A DNA stretch of 61,614 nucleotides, taken from positions 1-61,614 of the forward strand of contig CANLCB010000002.1 of NCBI GenBank assembly GCA_947488865.1, in the 5' to 3' direction. Shown here piece by piece: positions 39,443 through 48,819 of this stretch (the first letter of the stretch is position 1; every line of letters starts with the position of its first letter). The translations under genes were made by a program, and so were the position numbers. The notes beneath the pieces are model-generated. The model did not search any database. It was not told where the DNA came from and was given only the letters and a program-made list of their open reading frames with translations. The stretch comes from Deltaproteobacteria bacterium (GTDB taxonomy: Bacteria > Bdellovibrionota_C > UBA2361 > OMII01).

Positions 39443-39463
39443 GTGTATTTTCGAGCTCTGAAA

Positions 39464-40477
39464 TTAGAGGCTCTTAGCGATCATCTCGGTGACGTCGCAC
39501 ATACGAGCTGAGAAGCCCATCTCGTTGTCGTACCATGCGACAACCTTAGCCATACGCTTCTGCACTACCATGGTTGAGAGTGAGTCCACGATGGAGGACC
39601 GCACGTCGCCTGTGTAGTCGATCGAGACAAGCGGCTCTTCCGAGAATCCAAGGATTCCGTTAAGAGCATTCTCGCTTGCGCTCTTGAGTGCGCGGTTGAG
39701 ATCCTCAACTGTCACGTCCTGAGCGAGTTCAGCTACGAAGTCCACCACGGATACGTCTGGAGTTGGTACGCGGATAGCGAATCCGTCAACCTTGCCAGCG
39801 AGCTCAGGGATAACTAACGCCACTGCCTTCGCCGCGCCGGTCGTCGTTGGAATCATCGACATTGACGCCGCACGAGCTCGTCGAAGATCTTTGTGCGGAA
39901 GGTCGAGGATTTGCTGATCGTTTGTGTACGAGTGGATTGTCGTCATCGTTCCACGAACGATCCCGAAGTTCTCGTTCAGCACCTTAGCGACTGGAGCCAA
40001 GCAGTTAGTTGTGCACGACGCGTTGCTCACGATGTTGTGCTCAGCAGGCTTGTACGCCTTGTCGTTTACTCCGTACACGATTGTAAGATCTGGGTTTGTC
40101 GCTGGAGCGGAGATGATCACCTTCTTAGCGCCGCCCTGCATATGGAGCTGAGCTTTCTCTTTGGCGGTGAAGAGGCCGGTGCACTCAAGCACGATTGATA
40201 CTCCCAGCGAGTTCCAAGGGAGTTTTGCTGGATCGCGCTCGGCGAGGATCTTGATGGTCTGGCCATTCACGATGATGCATCCGTCGCCTGCTTCTACAGT
40301 GCCAGGGAAGCGTCCGTGAATAGAGTCATATTTCAGAAGGTGTGCGAGTGTGGCGGGATCTGTTAGATCGTTGATCGCTACTACCTTAAAGGTGTTTGTC
40401 TTCTTGTTTGTGAAAAGCTGTCGAAGGATGTTTCGCCCGATTCGTCCAAAGCCGTTAATTCCGATGCCTACGCTCAT
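39464..40477 (-). CDS. gap: glyceraldehyde-3-phosphate dehydrogenase (type I)
   Basis: 337 aa, INGFGRIGR, active site [12 protein letters not shown]. Confidence 0.97.
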   Translation of the reverse strand: MSVGIGINGFGRIGRNILRQLFTNKKTNTFKVVAINDLTDPATLAHLLKYDSIHGRFPGTVEAGDGCIIVNGQTIKILAERDPAKLPWNSLGVSIVLECTGLFTAKEKAQLHMQGGAKKVIISAPATNPDLTIVYGVNDKAYKPAEHNIVSNASCTTNCLAPVAKVLNENFGIVRGTMTTIHSYTNDQQILDLPHKDLRRARAASMSMIPTTTGAAKAVALVIPELAGKVDGFAIRVPTPDVSVVDFVAELAQDVTVEDLNRALKSASENALNGILGFSEEPLVSIDYTGDVRSSIVDSLSTMVVQKRMAKVVAWYDNEMGFSARMCDVTEMIAKSL

Positions 40478-40624
40478 GAGTAAGTACTCCTAAACCGTTC
40501 AATTGTTGACGGGAGGGGTTATAACCCCCCGCCGTTAAAAAAGAAACAGGGCCAGCGGAGTCTGGTGTCCCTGGTCGTAATGTGGCATATTTGACTCGTT
40601 ATTTTCCTAAGGAGATTAAAGAAC

Positions 40625-41341
40625 GTGGATCCAGTCTCAGTTCCAGCGGTAGCGGTCGAATCTCCGAGCATTATCAACATGATAACGGGCTCGGGTTTTG
40701 TTGTTCAAAGCGTACTCATTCTCCTCATCCTCCTTTCGGTTTGGAGCTGGGCGATTACTATCGCCAAGGCGATTCAATTCCGCCGCGCGCAGGAGTTCTC
40801 AAAGCAGTTCTCCCAAGTGTTCTGGGACTCTCGAAATTTCTCCCGTATCGATGAGTCCTCTCGACGACTCATCGGTAGCCCCCTCGCCACTGTGTTTTCC
40901 TCAGGATACCGCGAGCTCTTGCAGACAGTTCAGGAGGCCAAGGGGCGCTCTGTTCAGCTCCCATCGGACGTTGAGTCTGACCTCGGAACTGTTGAGCGAG
41001 CCTTGCGCCGAGCCGAGCTTGAGGAGGCTCACCGGCTTGAGAAGGGGATAACCTTCCTTGCGAGCGTGGCGAGTGCCGCGCCTTTCATCGGTCTCTTCGG
41101 AACCGTTTGGGGTATCATGAATGCCTTCCAGGGTTTGGCCTTCGCCAAGAATACAACTATCCAGGCTGTGGCCCCGGGTATCTCTGAGGCTTTGATCGCC
41201 ACTGCTGTTGGACTCGCTGCGGCGATTCCATCCGCTATCGCCTTCAACTACTTCACGGCTGGAATGCGCAAGTTCCGCCAGTCGATGGACAGCTTCTCGG
41301 AAGAGTTCTTGAACATCGCTCGACGTCACCTGGTTAAGTAG
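40625..41341 (+). CDS. tolQ: Tol-Pal system protein TolQ (MotA/TolQ/ExbB family)
   Basis: 238 aa, three TM segments, LASVASAAPFIGLFGTVWGIMNAF...AVAPGISEALIATAVGL. First gene of the tol cluster. Confidence 0.9.
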   Translation: MDPVSVPAVAVESPSIINMITGSGFVVQSVLILLILLSVWSWAITIAKAIQFRRAQEFSKQFSQVFWDSRNFSRIDESSRRLIGSPLATVFSSGYRELLQTVQEAKGRSVQLPSDVESDLGTVERALRRAELEEAHRLEKGITFLASVASAAPFIGLFGTVWGIMNAFQGLAFAKNTTIQAVAPGISEALIATAVGLAAAIPSAIAFNYFTAGMRKFRQSMDSFSEEFLNIARRHLVK

Positions 41342-41353
41342 GATACCGAAACA

Positions 41354-41785
41354 ATGGCCGGCAATTTCAGCGCAGACTCAGACGGACCTATCGCGGCGAT
41401 TAACGTTACTCCGCTTGTAGACGTGATGCTCGTACTGCTCGTTATCTTCATGGTTACGGCACCGATGCTTCAGCAGGGCGTGGAAGTTGATTTGCCAAAA
41501 GCCACCACGGCGCCTTTAAGAGGATCCGCGGAGCAGGTAGTCGTATCTCTTGATAAGGCAGGCACTGTGTATCTTGGGGCGGGGAATAAGGTTGAGTTGA
41601 CCGATCTCGCTGATAAGGTGAAGGCGATCTTCGCTAATAGGCCGGAGAATGAGAGGAAGATCTACATTAAGGGCGACTCTTCTCTTGGGTATGGACGTAT
41701 CATGGAGGTAATGGCCGCTTTGCATGCGGGCGGTATCACGCAGATAGGTCTTGTATCTGCTTCTCCAGACGGTAAAGGCGCGTAG
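41354..41785 (+). CDS. tolR: Tol-Pal system protein TolR (ExbD/TolR family)
   Basis: 143 aa, INVTPLVDVMLVLLVIFMV. Confidence 0.9.
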   Translation: MAGNFSADSDGPIAAINVTPLVDVMLVLLVIFMVTAPMLQQGVEVDLPKATTAPLRGSAEQVVVSLDKAGTVYLGAGNKVELTDLADKVKAIFANRPENERKIYIKGDSSLGYGRIMEVMAALHAGGITQIGLVSASPDGKGA

Positions 41786-41809
41786 ACGAAGGGGTAGCCA
41801 GGACTGGCT

Positions 41810-42670
41810 GTGAGTGTGGCACAAAGTAACCCAGAAGATTGCTGGCGCATCGGAATATACTCATCCCTCGCTGGCCACGTCCTGCTTGCGGTTTTAGTTC
41901 TCGTTGGGTTTGGGTCCGGCTTCGAAGATTTTCCCGAGCCGGTCGTGTATTCCGTTTCGATCGAGGGTGGAAAGTCCCTCGGAGGAAAAGCTCAGCTCGC
42001 CAAGGACGACAAGCCTAGCCCTATAGCACCGGTTAAAAACGTGACAGCCGATTCGTCTCCTCAAGAGGAAACGAAGCCAGATCCGAAGGACGCCAAGCCT
42101 CAGGAGCCGGTGGAGGACGCCGAGGTAAGTATCGCTGACAAGAAGCCAACCCCGAAGCCTGTAAAGACTCCAGAGGCAAAGGCCACGCCTAAGACTCCAC
42201 CAAAGGCGACACCTCCACCTGTCAAAAAGGATGATTCCAAGACAAAGAAGAAGAGCGACGGAGACGAGGTCGATAAGCGACTGCAGGCCGCGCTTCAGCG
42301 ATACCTTGGAGAATCAACTGATGCTGGCGGTAAAGGGTTTGGTGCCGGCAAGGTCGGTGGAAGCGGAATGGGGGGTGGTGTTGTTCGACCTCCAGAGTTC
42401 TTCATTTATGAGAAGATTTTACGCTCTCGAATTAAGGATGCGTGGCGTTGGTATGATACGAACGCGGCGTTAATCACCCAGGTGGCGTTCGAGATTGAGC
42501 CAGATGGGTTGGTGAAGAACGTGCGCGTGACCAAGGGGTCGGGGGATTCGAGCTTTGATGAGTCCGTCGTGCGCGCTGTATTAAAGGCGAGCCCGCTCCC
42601 ACCTCCGCCCGAGAAGGTCTATGAGCTCTATTTCAAGAGCGTTCGCATTACCTTTGATCCTCGAGAGTAG
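41810..42670 (+). CDS. tolA: TolA-like protein (TM anchor, Lys/Pro-rich linker, TonB_C-like domain)
   Basis: 286 aa, GTG start, KP/TP-rich linker, C-terminal VAFEIEPDGLVKNVRVTKGSGDSSFDESVVRAV. Position is between tolR and tolB. Confidence 0.8.
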   Translation: MSVAQSNPEDCWRIGIYSSLAGHVLLAVLVLVGFGSGFEDFPEPVVYSVSIEGGKSLGGKAQLAKDDKPSPIAPVKNVTADSSPQEETKPDPKDAKPQEPVEDAEVSIADKKPTPKPVKTPEAKATPKTPPKATPPPVKKDDSKTKKKSDGDEVDKRLQAALQRYLGESTDAGGKGFGAGKVGGSGMGGGVVRPPEFFIYEKILRSRIKDAWRWYDTNAALITQVAFEIEPDGLVKNVRVTKGSGDSSFDESVVRAVLKASPLPPPPEKVYELYFKSVRITFDPRE

Positions 42671-42808
42671 CGAAAGGGACTGTTTTCCGGAAAAAAGCGC
42701 TTTTGGGGTGTCGTGAGGCTGTCTCCTTGGGTTGCGCAGATCGTCGCTCTAGGGCATGAATAAAAAGTGCGCCAGGATGCCCGGTTCGTGCTCTGGCTGG
42801 GAGATTTC

Positions 42809-44098
42809 ATGAAAAAAATTACCGCTCTTTTTGTCTCACTCTTCGCTTTCTCTGGCTCCGCGTTTGCTCAAACCGATCTCTATGTGCGAGGAGCTGGACG
42901 TCTCATTCCGTTGGCTCTTCCGCAGCTTTGTGGGCAGGCGGGGCAGGCTTCACCGGCGGTCGAGATTCCGACGGTTATGCGTCGAGACCTAGATCTCTCC
43001 GGTTATTTCGAGATCATCGATCCAAAGGGCTATATAGAGAGTGCGGGGAAGTGTGTTTCTCCTGAAGGCACGGCGTTCTCTGATTGGAGTGTCATCGGCA
43101 CGGAAGGATTGGTAAAGGGCCAGGTAACGGTGTCTGGTGATCGGGTTACCGCACAGCTCTACCTTATCGACGTTCAAAAGCAGGCAGTGGTTCTTGCTAA
43201 GGAGTACACTGGCGACGCGTCGCAGGCACGGATGATTGCGCATCGCTTCGCGAATGAAGTGATGAAGTTTTATACGGGGTTTCCAGGAGTTTTTGGCTCT
43301 CAGATCGCTTTCTCGTCGAGAGTGGGGCGATTTAAAGAGCTTTTCGTTATGGATATGGACGGAAGTAACCTCCGGCAGCTTACCAACGAGAGAGGGTTGG
43401 CCATCTCCTCGTCATGGGATCCTGCGGGAGGGCGGCTTGTGTACACCTCTTTCCGAAATCGTATTCCAGATCTTTTCCTCTTGAACGTTGATACAAAGGC
43501 TACTCGCCAGGTAACGAAGACGTCTGAGCTTGAAATTGGGGCGCACTTCGTAGGGAGTGGGCAGCTTCTTGTTTCGCGTACGGAAGGTGGAGAGAGCGAT
43601 ATCGTTTTGATGAATACTGAGGGGGTTGTTCAGCGACGACTTACGCCTCCGAATCGCGCTATTGACGTTTCTCCAGTGCCATCTCCAGATGGCTCTGAGC
43701 TTCTTTTCTGCTCAAATCGGGGGGGTGGGCCTCAGATTTATCGGATGGGAATCGACGGTTCGAACGCTCGACGTGTGAGCTTTGTTAGTTCGAATTATTG
43801 TACTTCGCCTGCGTGGTCACCGACAGGTGATAGAATAGCGTTTGTCTGTCGGGCGGACGGTGGCTTCAATATGTTCATCAGTGACCCTGACGGAGGAAAT
43901 GTCCTTCAGCTTACGAGTGGTGGAAGTAACGAGGATCCTGATTTCGCGCCAGACGGCCGGTATTTGACCTTCGCATCTACCGCATTTGGACCAGGTTACG
44001 CTATCGCTATCGTGAGGAGCGACGGAACCAGTATGAAACAGGTTTCCACGAGTCGCGGGGGTGATTTTGAACCGACTTGGGGACCACTTCCTAAATAA
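42809..44098 (+). CDS. tolB: Tol-Pal system beta-propeller protein TolB
   Basis: Signal peptide MKKITALFVSLFAFSGSAFA, then repeated WD40-like PD40 motifs (SPAWSPTGDRIAF, DPDFAPDGRYLTF). ATG at 42809 preferred. Confidence 0.93.
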   Translation: MKKITALFVSLFAFSGSAFAQTDLYVRGAGRLIPLALPQLCGQAGQASPAVEIPTVMRRDLDLSGYFEIIDPKGYIESAGKCVSPEGTAFSDWSVIGTEGLVKGQVTVSGDRVTAQLYLIDVQKQAVVLAKEYTGDASQARMIAHRFANEVMKFYTGFPGVFGSQIAFSSRVGRFKELFVMDMDGSNLRQLTNERGLAISSSWDPAGGRLVYTSFRNRIPDLFLLNVDTKATRQVTKTSELEIGAHFVGSGQLLVSRTEGGESDIVLMNTEGVVQRRLTPPNRAIDVSPVPSPDGSELLFCSNRGGGPQIYRMGIDGSNARRVSFVSSNYCTSPAWSPTGDRIAFVCRADGGFNMFISDPDGGNVLQLTSGGSNEDPDFAPDGRYLTFASTAFGPGYAIAIVRSDGTSMKQVSTSRGGDFEPTWGPLPK

Positions 44099-44474
44099 AG
44101 TTGCCTTTTTAGTGACCAAAGTCATTTCATTCTGACAACAGAGGATCTTAACTGCTTGCCAGGTTAAGATTTGTCGAGTATCAAGTGCATACCGCCTTGA
44201 ACAGTGTACGGGGTAACAGTAAAAGGTCGCACGATCTGATGCTGTAAACCACGGCTAAAGCCTGTCGTACCAGCAGAGAGGGGGACGGATAAACCTCGAA
44301 GAGATCTGTTGTGTAGGCTAAACGGCGCAGTTTTGTTTGCTGGCTGGAGAGCGGTCAACGTTTGAGCGAGGTCCCGCGGGACGAAGGGTCAGATAGCGCG
44401 GCGCCACGGTTAAGTGAGCGGTGTAAAACTGGTCTTTTCAAGAGTTTAATCCACTTTGTGGGAGGAAATGAAAT

Positions 44475-44915
44475 ATGCGTAGTTTAAAGGTATTGGCCGT
44501 TTGTGCTGTAGCGTTCTTTGCGACTGGATGTTCTTGCTTCACCAGCAGCACTGATGGAAACATCGATCAGGCTAGCGACGGTGGTCCTCTTAAGGATATT
44601 CACTTCGCTTTCGATTCTTACAAGATTGACGCTGGCGCTAAGGCAACTGTTGCCGCTAACGCTGAGTGGCTCAAGGCTAACCCAGGTAAGACAGTTCAGG
44701 TAGAAGGTCACTGTGACGAGCGTGGAACTGCTGAGTACAACATGGTACTTGGTTCAAATCGCGCACGTGCAGCTGCTGACGCTCTTCGCTCTAACGGAAT
44801 CGAGGCTTCGTCCTTGAGCACTGTTAGCTATGGAGAGGAGCTTCCTCTTGACCCACGCCACAACGAAGAGGCTTGGGCTAAGAACCGACGCGCTCACTTC
44901 AAGGTGAACAACTAA
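44475..44915 (+). CDS. pal: peptidoglycan-associated lipoprotein Pal (OmpA family)
   Basis: 146 aa, lipobox FATGCS, OmpA-like domain IHFAFDSYKI...GHCDERGTAEYNMVLGSNRA. Confidence 0.93.
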   Translation: MRSLKVLAVCAVAFFATGCSCFTSSTDGNIDQASDGGPLKDIHFAFDSYKIDAGAKATVAANAEWLKANPGKTVQVEGHCDERGTAEYNMVLGSNRARAAADALRSNGIEASSLSTVSYGEELPLDPRHNEEAWAKNRRAHFKVNN

Positions 44916-44952
44916 ATAAAATCTTGCGGTGGAGACACCGCGGATTTATATG

Positions 44953-44991
44953 GACCCTGTGACGGAATCCCCGGCACAGGGTCTTTTTTTT
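44953..44991 (+). terminator. Rho-independent terminator after pal
   Basis: GACCCTGTG (44953-44961) pairs with CACAGGGTC (44975-44983), followed by T8 (44984-44991). Confidence 0.85.
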
Positions 44992-45004
44992 GGATTTTAG
45001 GTGT

Positions 45005-45706
45005 ATGTCGAGAGTATTAAATTTCGGATTGGCGGTGTTGGTTTCTGGTTGTGGAGCGGTCACCGTTAGTAAAGATGTTGAGACCCTTCAGCGAAGTGTC
45101 GCTGATTTACGTGCTATGCAATCTGAGCAGGCTGACACAATCAGTTCCCTCGATTCGCAAGTAAAGACTCTCTCTGGTCGTCTTGAGGAGATGGAATTTT
45201 CACAGAACAAGCGCCTCGGTTCTGATCTTTCAGGCTTAAAGGACGAGATATCCTCTCTTCGACGACGAGTACCTCCGCCAGCCGCAGTGCCGGTTGCTGA
45301 GCTTGAGGCAGATGAAGCGTGGGGGGCGAACTTACCAGCCGAATCCGCTCAAATCTTCGCCGACGCGTTGGCCCTTCTGCGGGAAGGAAAGTACCAAGAC
45401 TCGATACCGCTCCTGCAGTCTGTGGTAGAGCAGGCTGGGCCGAAAGCCAGCACCCCGCTCTTTTGGCAGGGCGTCGCCTATGATGGATTAGAGGACAATC
45501 GTGGGGCTTTACGGGCCTATTCTGAGGTTGTTTCCAGGTATCCGAAGAGTAATCGAGCTCCTTCGAGTCTCTATCGGCAAGCTTTGGTCTTCTCTCGCCT
45601 TGGGGACAAGAAGACCTCGGCCCTAAGTCTGAGAAAATTGGTGGACGATTATCCAAAATCTCCAGAAGCGTCCATGGCAAAGGATAAGCTTAAAGAGTTA
45701 AAGTAG
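45005..45706 (+). CDS. cpoB: Tol-Pal system protein CpoB/YbgF (coiled coil + TPR)
   Basis: Signal/lipobox-like MSRVLNFGLAVLVSGCG, coiled-coil N-terminus, C-terminal TPR region YRQALVFSRLGDKK...YPKSPEA. ATG at 45005 preferred because the TTG at 44990 lies in the terminator T-run. Confidence 0.8.
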   Translation: MSRVLNFGLAVLVSGCGAVTVSKDVETLQRSVADLRAMQSEQADTISSLDSQVKTLSGRLEEMEFSQNKRLGSDLSGLKDEISSLRRRVPPPAAVPVAELEADEAWGANLPAESAQIFADALALLREGKYQDSIPLLQSVVEQAGPKASTPLFWQGVAYDGLEDNRGALRAYSEVVSRYPKSNRAPSSLYRQALVFSRLGDKKTSALSLRKLVDDYPKSPEASMAKDKLKELK

Positions 45707-45779
45707 GCTCGTCTGTTTTTGGCGTGTTCAACCCCTCGGCGAGCTGGTGCTTGGATAGGGTGAACACGCACGAGCTTGC

Positions 45780-46718
45780 ATGAAATCTGAACACCGACCG
45801 CATCTCTATCGACATCCCGCGTCACTGCCTTCGTCTTTGCGGGGTGGCGTTGTCGCGCTTGGAAACTTTGACGGAGTTCATAGAGGACATCAGCAAGTTA
45901 TTGCGGAGCTCCTCCGTATAGCCACAGGTCGGCCGGCGGTAGTGGTTTCGTTTTATCCTCATCCCGTGAAAGTTCTAAAAGGTACTTCAGAGCCGAAAGC
46001 CCTGAGCAGTCTTCGAGAGAAGCGAGACCGGTTGGGGGAGCTTGGGGTTCAATTACTGTACGGTATTCACTTTACCAAAGCGTTCGCGCGCGTGACGGCG
46101 AAGCAATTCATTGAGGATGTTCTTGTAAAGTCACTCGACGCGAAGGCTCTTGTGGTTGGCGAAGATGTCGCCATTGGCTTTTTGCGCGAGGGAAACCTTG
46201 AGTTCCTGAAGCGCGAGCTTCCGAAGTATTCGATCGAGCTTCATGTTGTTCCAACTTTCAAAAGTAATCACGAGCGACCGAGCTCTCGACGCATTCGAGA
46301 ATTGCTTGCCGAGGGAGATGTACAAGGGGCGGCGCATATGATTGGCGCTCCGTTCACGGTGTCCGCGCGTGTCGGTCACGGTGATAAACGGGGACGCACG
46401 ATCGGGTTCCCAACGGCGAATGTGAGCACTGGCGCTCGATTGCTCCCCAAGAGGGGCGTGTATTCCTGTATAGTGGAATATCATGGACGTTCGTATCCAG
46501 CGGTAGCGAATATCGGAATCAGGCCAACATTCAACGGTCGCGGCGAACGGTTAGAGGTGCACATTATCGGGGAGACTTTCGAGAGTTTGTACGGCAAGCG
46601 GTTGCATGTTGGTTTCGTTGCCCGTTTGCGTGATGAGAAAAAGTTCGGTTCGATCGATGAACTGAAATCTCAGATAGCTCAAGACGTCGAGTCCGCGAAG
46701 AAGAGTTTAGGAGTATGA
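45780..46718 (+). CDS. ribF: bifunctional riboflavin kinase / FMN adenylyltransferase
   Basis: 312 aa, ALGNFDGVHRGHQ, GFPTANV, ERLEVHI...FVARLRDEKKF. Confidence 0.93.
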   Translation: MKSEHRPHLYRHPASLPSSLRGGVVALGNFDGVHRGHQQVIAELLRIATGRPAVVVSFYPHPVKVLKGTSEPKALSSLREKRDRLGELGVQLLYGIHFTKAFARVTAKQFIEDVLVKSLDAKALVVGEDVAIGFLREGNLEFLKRELPKYSIELHVVPTFKSNHERPSSRRIRELLAEGDVQGAAHMIGAPFTVSARVGHGDKRGRTIGFPTANVSTGARLLPKRGVYSCIVEYHGRSYPAVANIGIRPTFNGRGERLEVHIIGETFESLYGKRLHVGFVARLRDEKKFGSIDELKSQIAQDVESAKKSLGV

Positions 46719-47692
46719 GCACTAAGAGTCACACTATTCAGTACCAAGGCGAAGAGTCTCGGCTTGACCGAGTTCTTGTGGCCGAGCTGTCCGCCACGCT
46801 TTCGCTGAGTCGTTCGCAGGTAGAGCGCTGGATTGAAGGCGGACTAGTGCAGGTAAATGGCAAAGCGATAACCAAGCCAGCGTATAAAGTAGTCGCTGGT
46901 GATACAATTGAGGTCGAGGTCGGTCCTGAAAAGCCGACGCACGTTACTCCCTTAGAGTTGCCGTTAGAGATTTTATATGAGGATAAGCACCTTTTGGTTA
47001 TCAACAAGCCATTTGGGCTCTCGATGCACCCAGGCGCGGGGAATGTCACGCACACTCTCGCTAACGCGGTTGTTCATCACGTCGGCAAAAAACAGCTTGC
47101 GGTTGGTGAATCGGATCGCCCAGGGATAGTGCACCGTTTAGACAAGGACACTACGGGGGTTGTGGTTGTTGCGAAGTCGACGGCGGTTCATGGAGCGCTT
47201 TCTAAGCAGTTCGCGGAGCGAACGGTGGGGCGAAGCTACTATGCGCTTGTCTTTAGCACTCCTCGCGCTAATAGGCCTATTCAAACGCAGGATGCGGGTG
47301 AGATCTCAGCGCCTATTGGGCGCCATCCGACGAACCGCAAGCTCATGGCCGTGGTAGAGGCGGGACGACCGTCGGTTACGACGTGGAAAGTTGTGGAGCG
47401 ATTCGCGCATGGAACTCTCGTTGAGTGTGCGCTTAAGACGGGCCGTACTCACCAGATCCGAGTGCATATGAATTACATCGGGTGTCCTGTGATCGGAGAT
47501 CGCTCGTACGGGGAGTTCTCAAATTTACCCAAGACTTTAGAGCGGGCGGCTACCGCTTTTGGCCGTCAGGCGCTTCATGCCGCTACGCTGTCGTTCACGC
47601 ACCCTGTGACGCAAGAGCGACTTTCGTTTTCCGCCAAGCTCCCTGAAGATTTTGAAGGGCTTGTTGAAGCATTCCGCGCCACGAGGTCGTGA
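46715..47692 (+). CDS. rluD: 23S rRNA pseudouridine synthase, RluA/RluD family
   Basis: 325 aa, S4 domain, catalytic HRLDKDTTGVVVVAK, GRTHQIRVHM. ATGA overlap with ribF. Confidence 0.92.
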   Translation: MSTKSHTIQYQGEESRLDRVLVAELSATLSLSRSQVERWIEGGLVQVNGKAITKPAYKVVAGDTIEVEVGPEKPTHVTPLELPLEILYEDKHLLVINKPFGLSMHPGAGNVTHTLANAVVHHVGKKQLAVGESDRPGIVHRLDKDTTGVVVVAKSTAVHGALSKQFAERTVGRSYYALVFSTPRANRPIQTQDAGEISAPIGRHPTNRKLMAVVEAGRPSVTTWKVVERFAHGTLVECALKTGRTHQIRVHMNYIGCPVIGDRSYGEFSNLPKTLERAATAFGRQALHAATLSFTHPVTQERLSFSAKLPEDFEGLVEAFRATRS

Positions 47693-47695
47693 GGA

Positions 47696-48454
47696 GTGAA
47701 TCCTGAATTTTTCATAGTCGATCGGGAAGGGGTCTCGTTCGTTGTCTATCGTCCGTGGTGGGACGAGGGGATCGTGCATGGCTCAACGCTAGGTCCAATC
47801 TCTTTTGCGCCTGACTCAATGTCCGCTAGTGCTGGAGTATTAAAAGAGGCCATTGGGGCGAGTCAGATCGCTAACCTTCGTCAAAATCACGGAAACGTAT
47901 TCTTTGATGCGCGTGTAGGTCAAAGCCTAGAGCGTATTCTCAAAGAGAAGAGATCGCTGGAGCGGTTTGAGGAGTGTGACGCGATCATCGCGCCGATCTC
48001 TCAGAATGTGCCAGCCGAGGTAGTCGCTTACGGGGTGTCTACCGCTGACTGCGTTCCTGTTGTGGTTCGAGGACAGGACGGGTGGGCCATGATTCACGCT
48101 GGGTGGCGGGGGCTGGCGAACAGAATCATCGAACGAACAGTTCTTGCGTTAGGAGCCCCTCTAGAGGTCGCCATATTCCCCTGTGCTGGCGGGGAGTCCT
48201 ATGAGGTGGGGTTAGAGGTTATTGACGCCATTGGCTCGTCAGCGGCCTTTACGCCAAGAGACGGGGAGTCAACGCGTGTGTTGCTGGATACTGCTCAGAC
48301 CGCTGTTAACCAGCTTGCGCCATTGTTAAGAGGCGGGCGGGTAGAGACCTCTGGAATGTGCACCATCACCGATACACGGCTTCACTCGCATCGCAGGGAT
48401 GGAGAGCGTGCGGGGCGTGCCCTGACTTTTGTCACACCTAAGTCATCGAAGTGA
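47696..48454 (+). CDS. pgeF: YfiH/PgeF (DUF152, laccase-domain) purine nucleoside phosphorylase family protein
   Basis: 252 aa, TADCVPVV...HAGWRG...C...HSHRRDG. The conserved rluD-yfiH neighbourhood supports the call. Confidence 0.85.
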   Translation: MNPEFFIVDREGVSFVVYRPWWDEGIVHGSTLGPISFAPDSMSASAGVLKEAIGASQIANLRQNHGNVFFDARVGQSLERILKEKRSLERFEECDAIIAPISQNVPAEVVAYGVSTADCVPVVVRGQDGWAMIHAGWRGLANRIIERTVLALGAPLEVAIFPCAGGESYEVGLEVIDAIGSSAAFTPRDGESTRVLLDTAQTAVNQLAPLLRGGRVETSGMCTITDTRLHSHRRDGERAGRALTFVTPKSSK

Positions 48455-48592
48455 GAAAAATCCGGCTGTTTTGTGAACAAATTCTCTTAGCGACTCTGAA
48501 TTTTCTCGGTATACTGAAAGTCTAGTGCAGGTAAGTGCCTTGATGTAGTGAAGTTGTTGCACTCAAGCGTGACAGGATAGAGGAGGGGGCGC

Positions 48593-48805
48593 ATGGAGAG
48601 CCACGAGCGTGAGCTGATTGAAAAAGCTCAAACCACAAACTTCGAAGTCAAGAAATTGTACAAAGAACACCAAGAACTCGACGAAAAGCTCAAAAAGCTC
48701 GGACGCAAGGGGTACCTCACCTCGAGTGAGGAAGCTGAGGAGCGAAAACTCAAGCAGCTTAAGCTCCGGGGTGTTGAGCGGATGCTCAAGCTCGCGAATT
48801 CTTAA
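48593..48805 (+). CDS. DUF465 (YdcH-like) small coiled-coil protein
   Basis: 70 aa, KKLYKEHQELDEKLKKL...EERKLKQLKLRGVERM is the typical DUF465 pattern. Confidence 0.65.
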   Translation: MESHERELIEKAQTTNFEVKKLYKEHQELDEKLKKLGRKGYLTSSEEAEERKLKQLKLRGVERMLKLANS

Positions 48806-48819
48806 AATACGTCGCAGTA

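Noticed and set aside
40582-40854. 90-aa ORF overlapping the tolQ start
   Set aside because: It is out of frame with tolQ and overlaps it, and tolQ has clear MotA/TolQ/ExbB motifs. No independent support exists.
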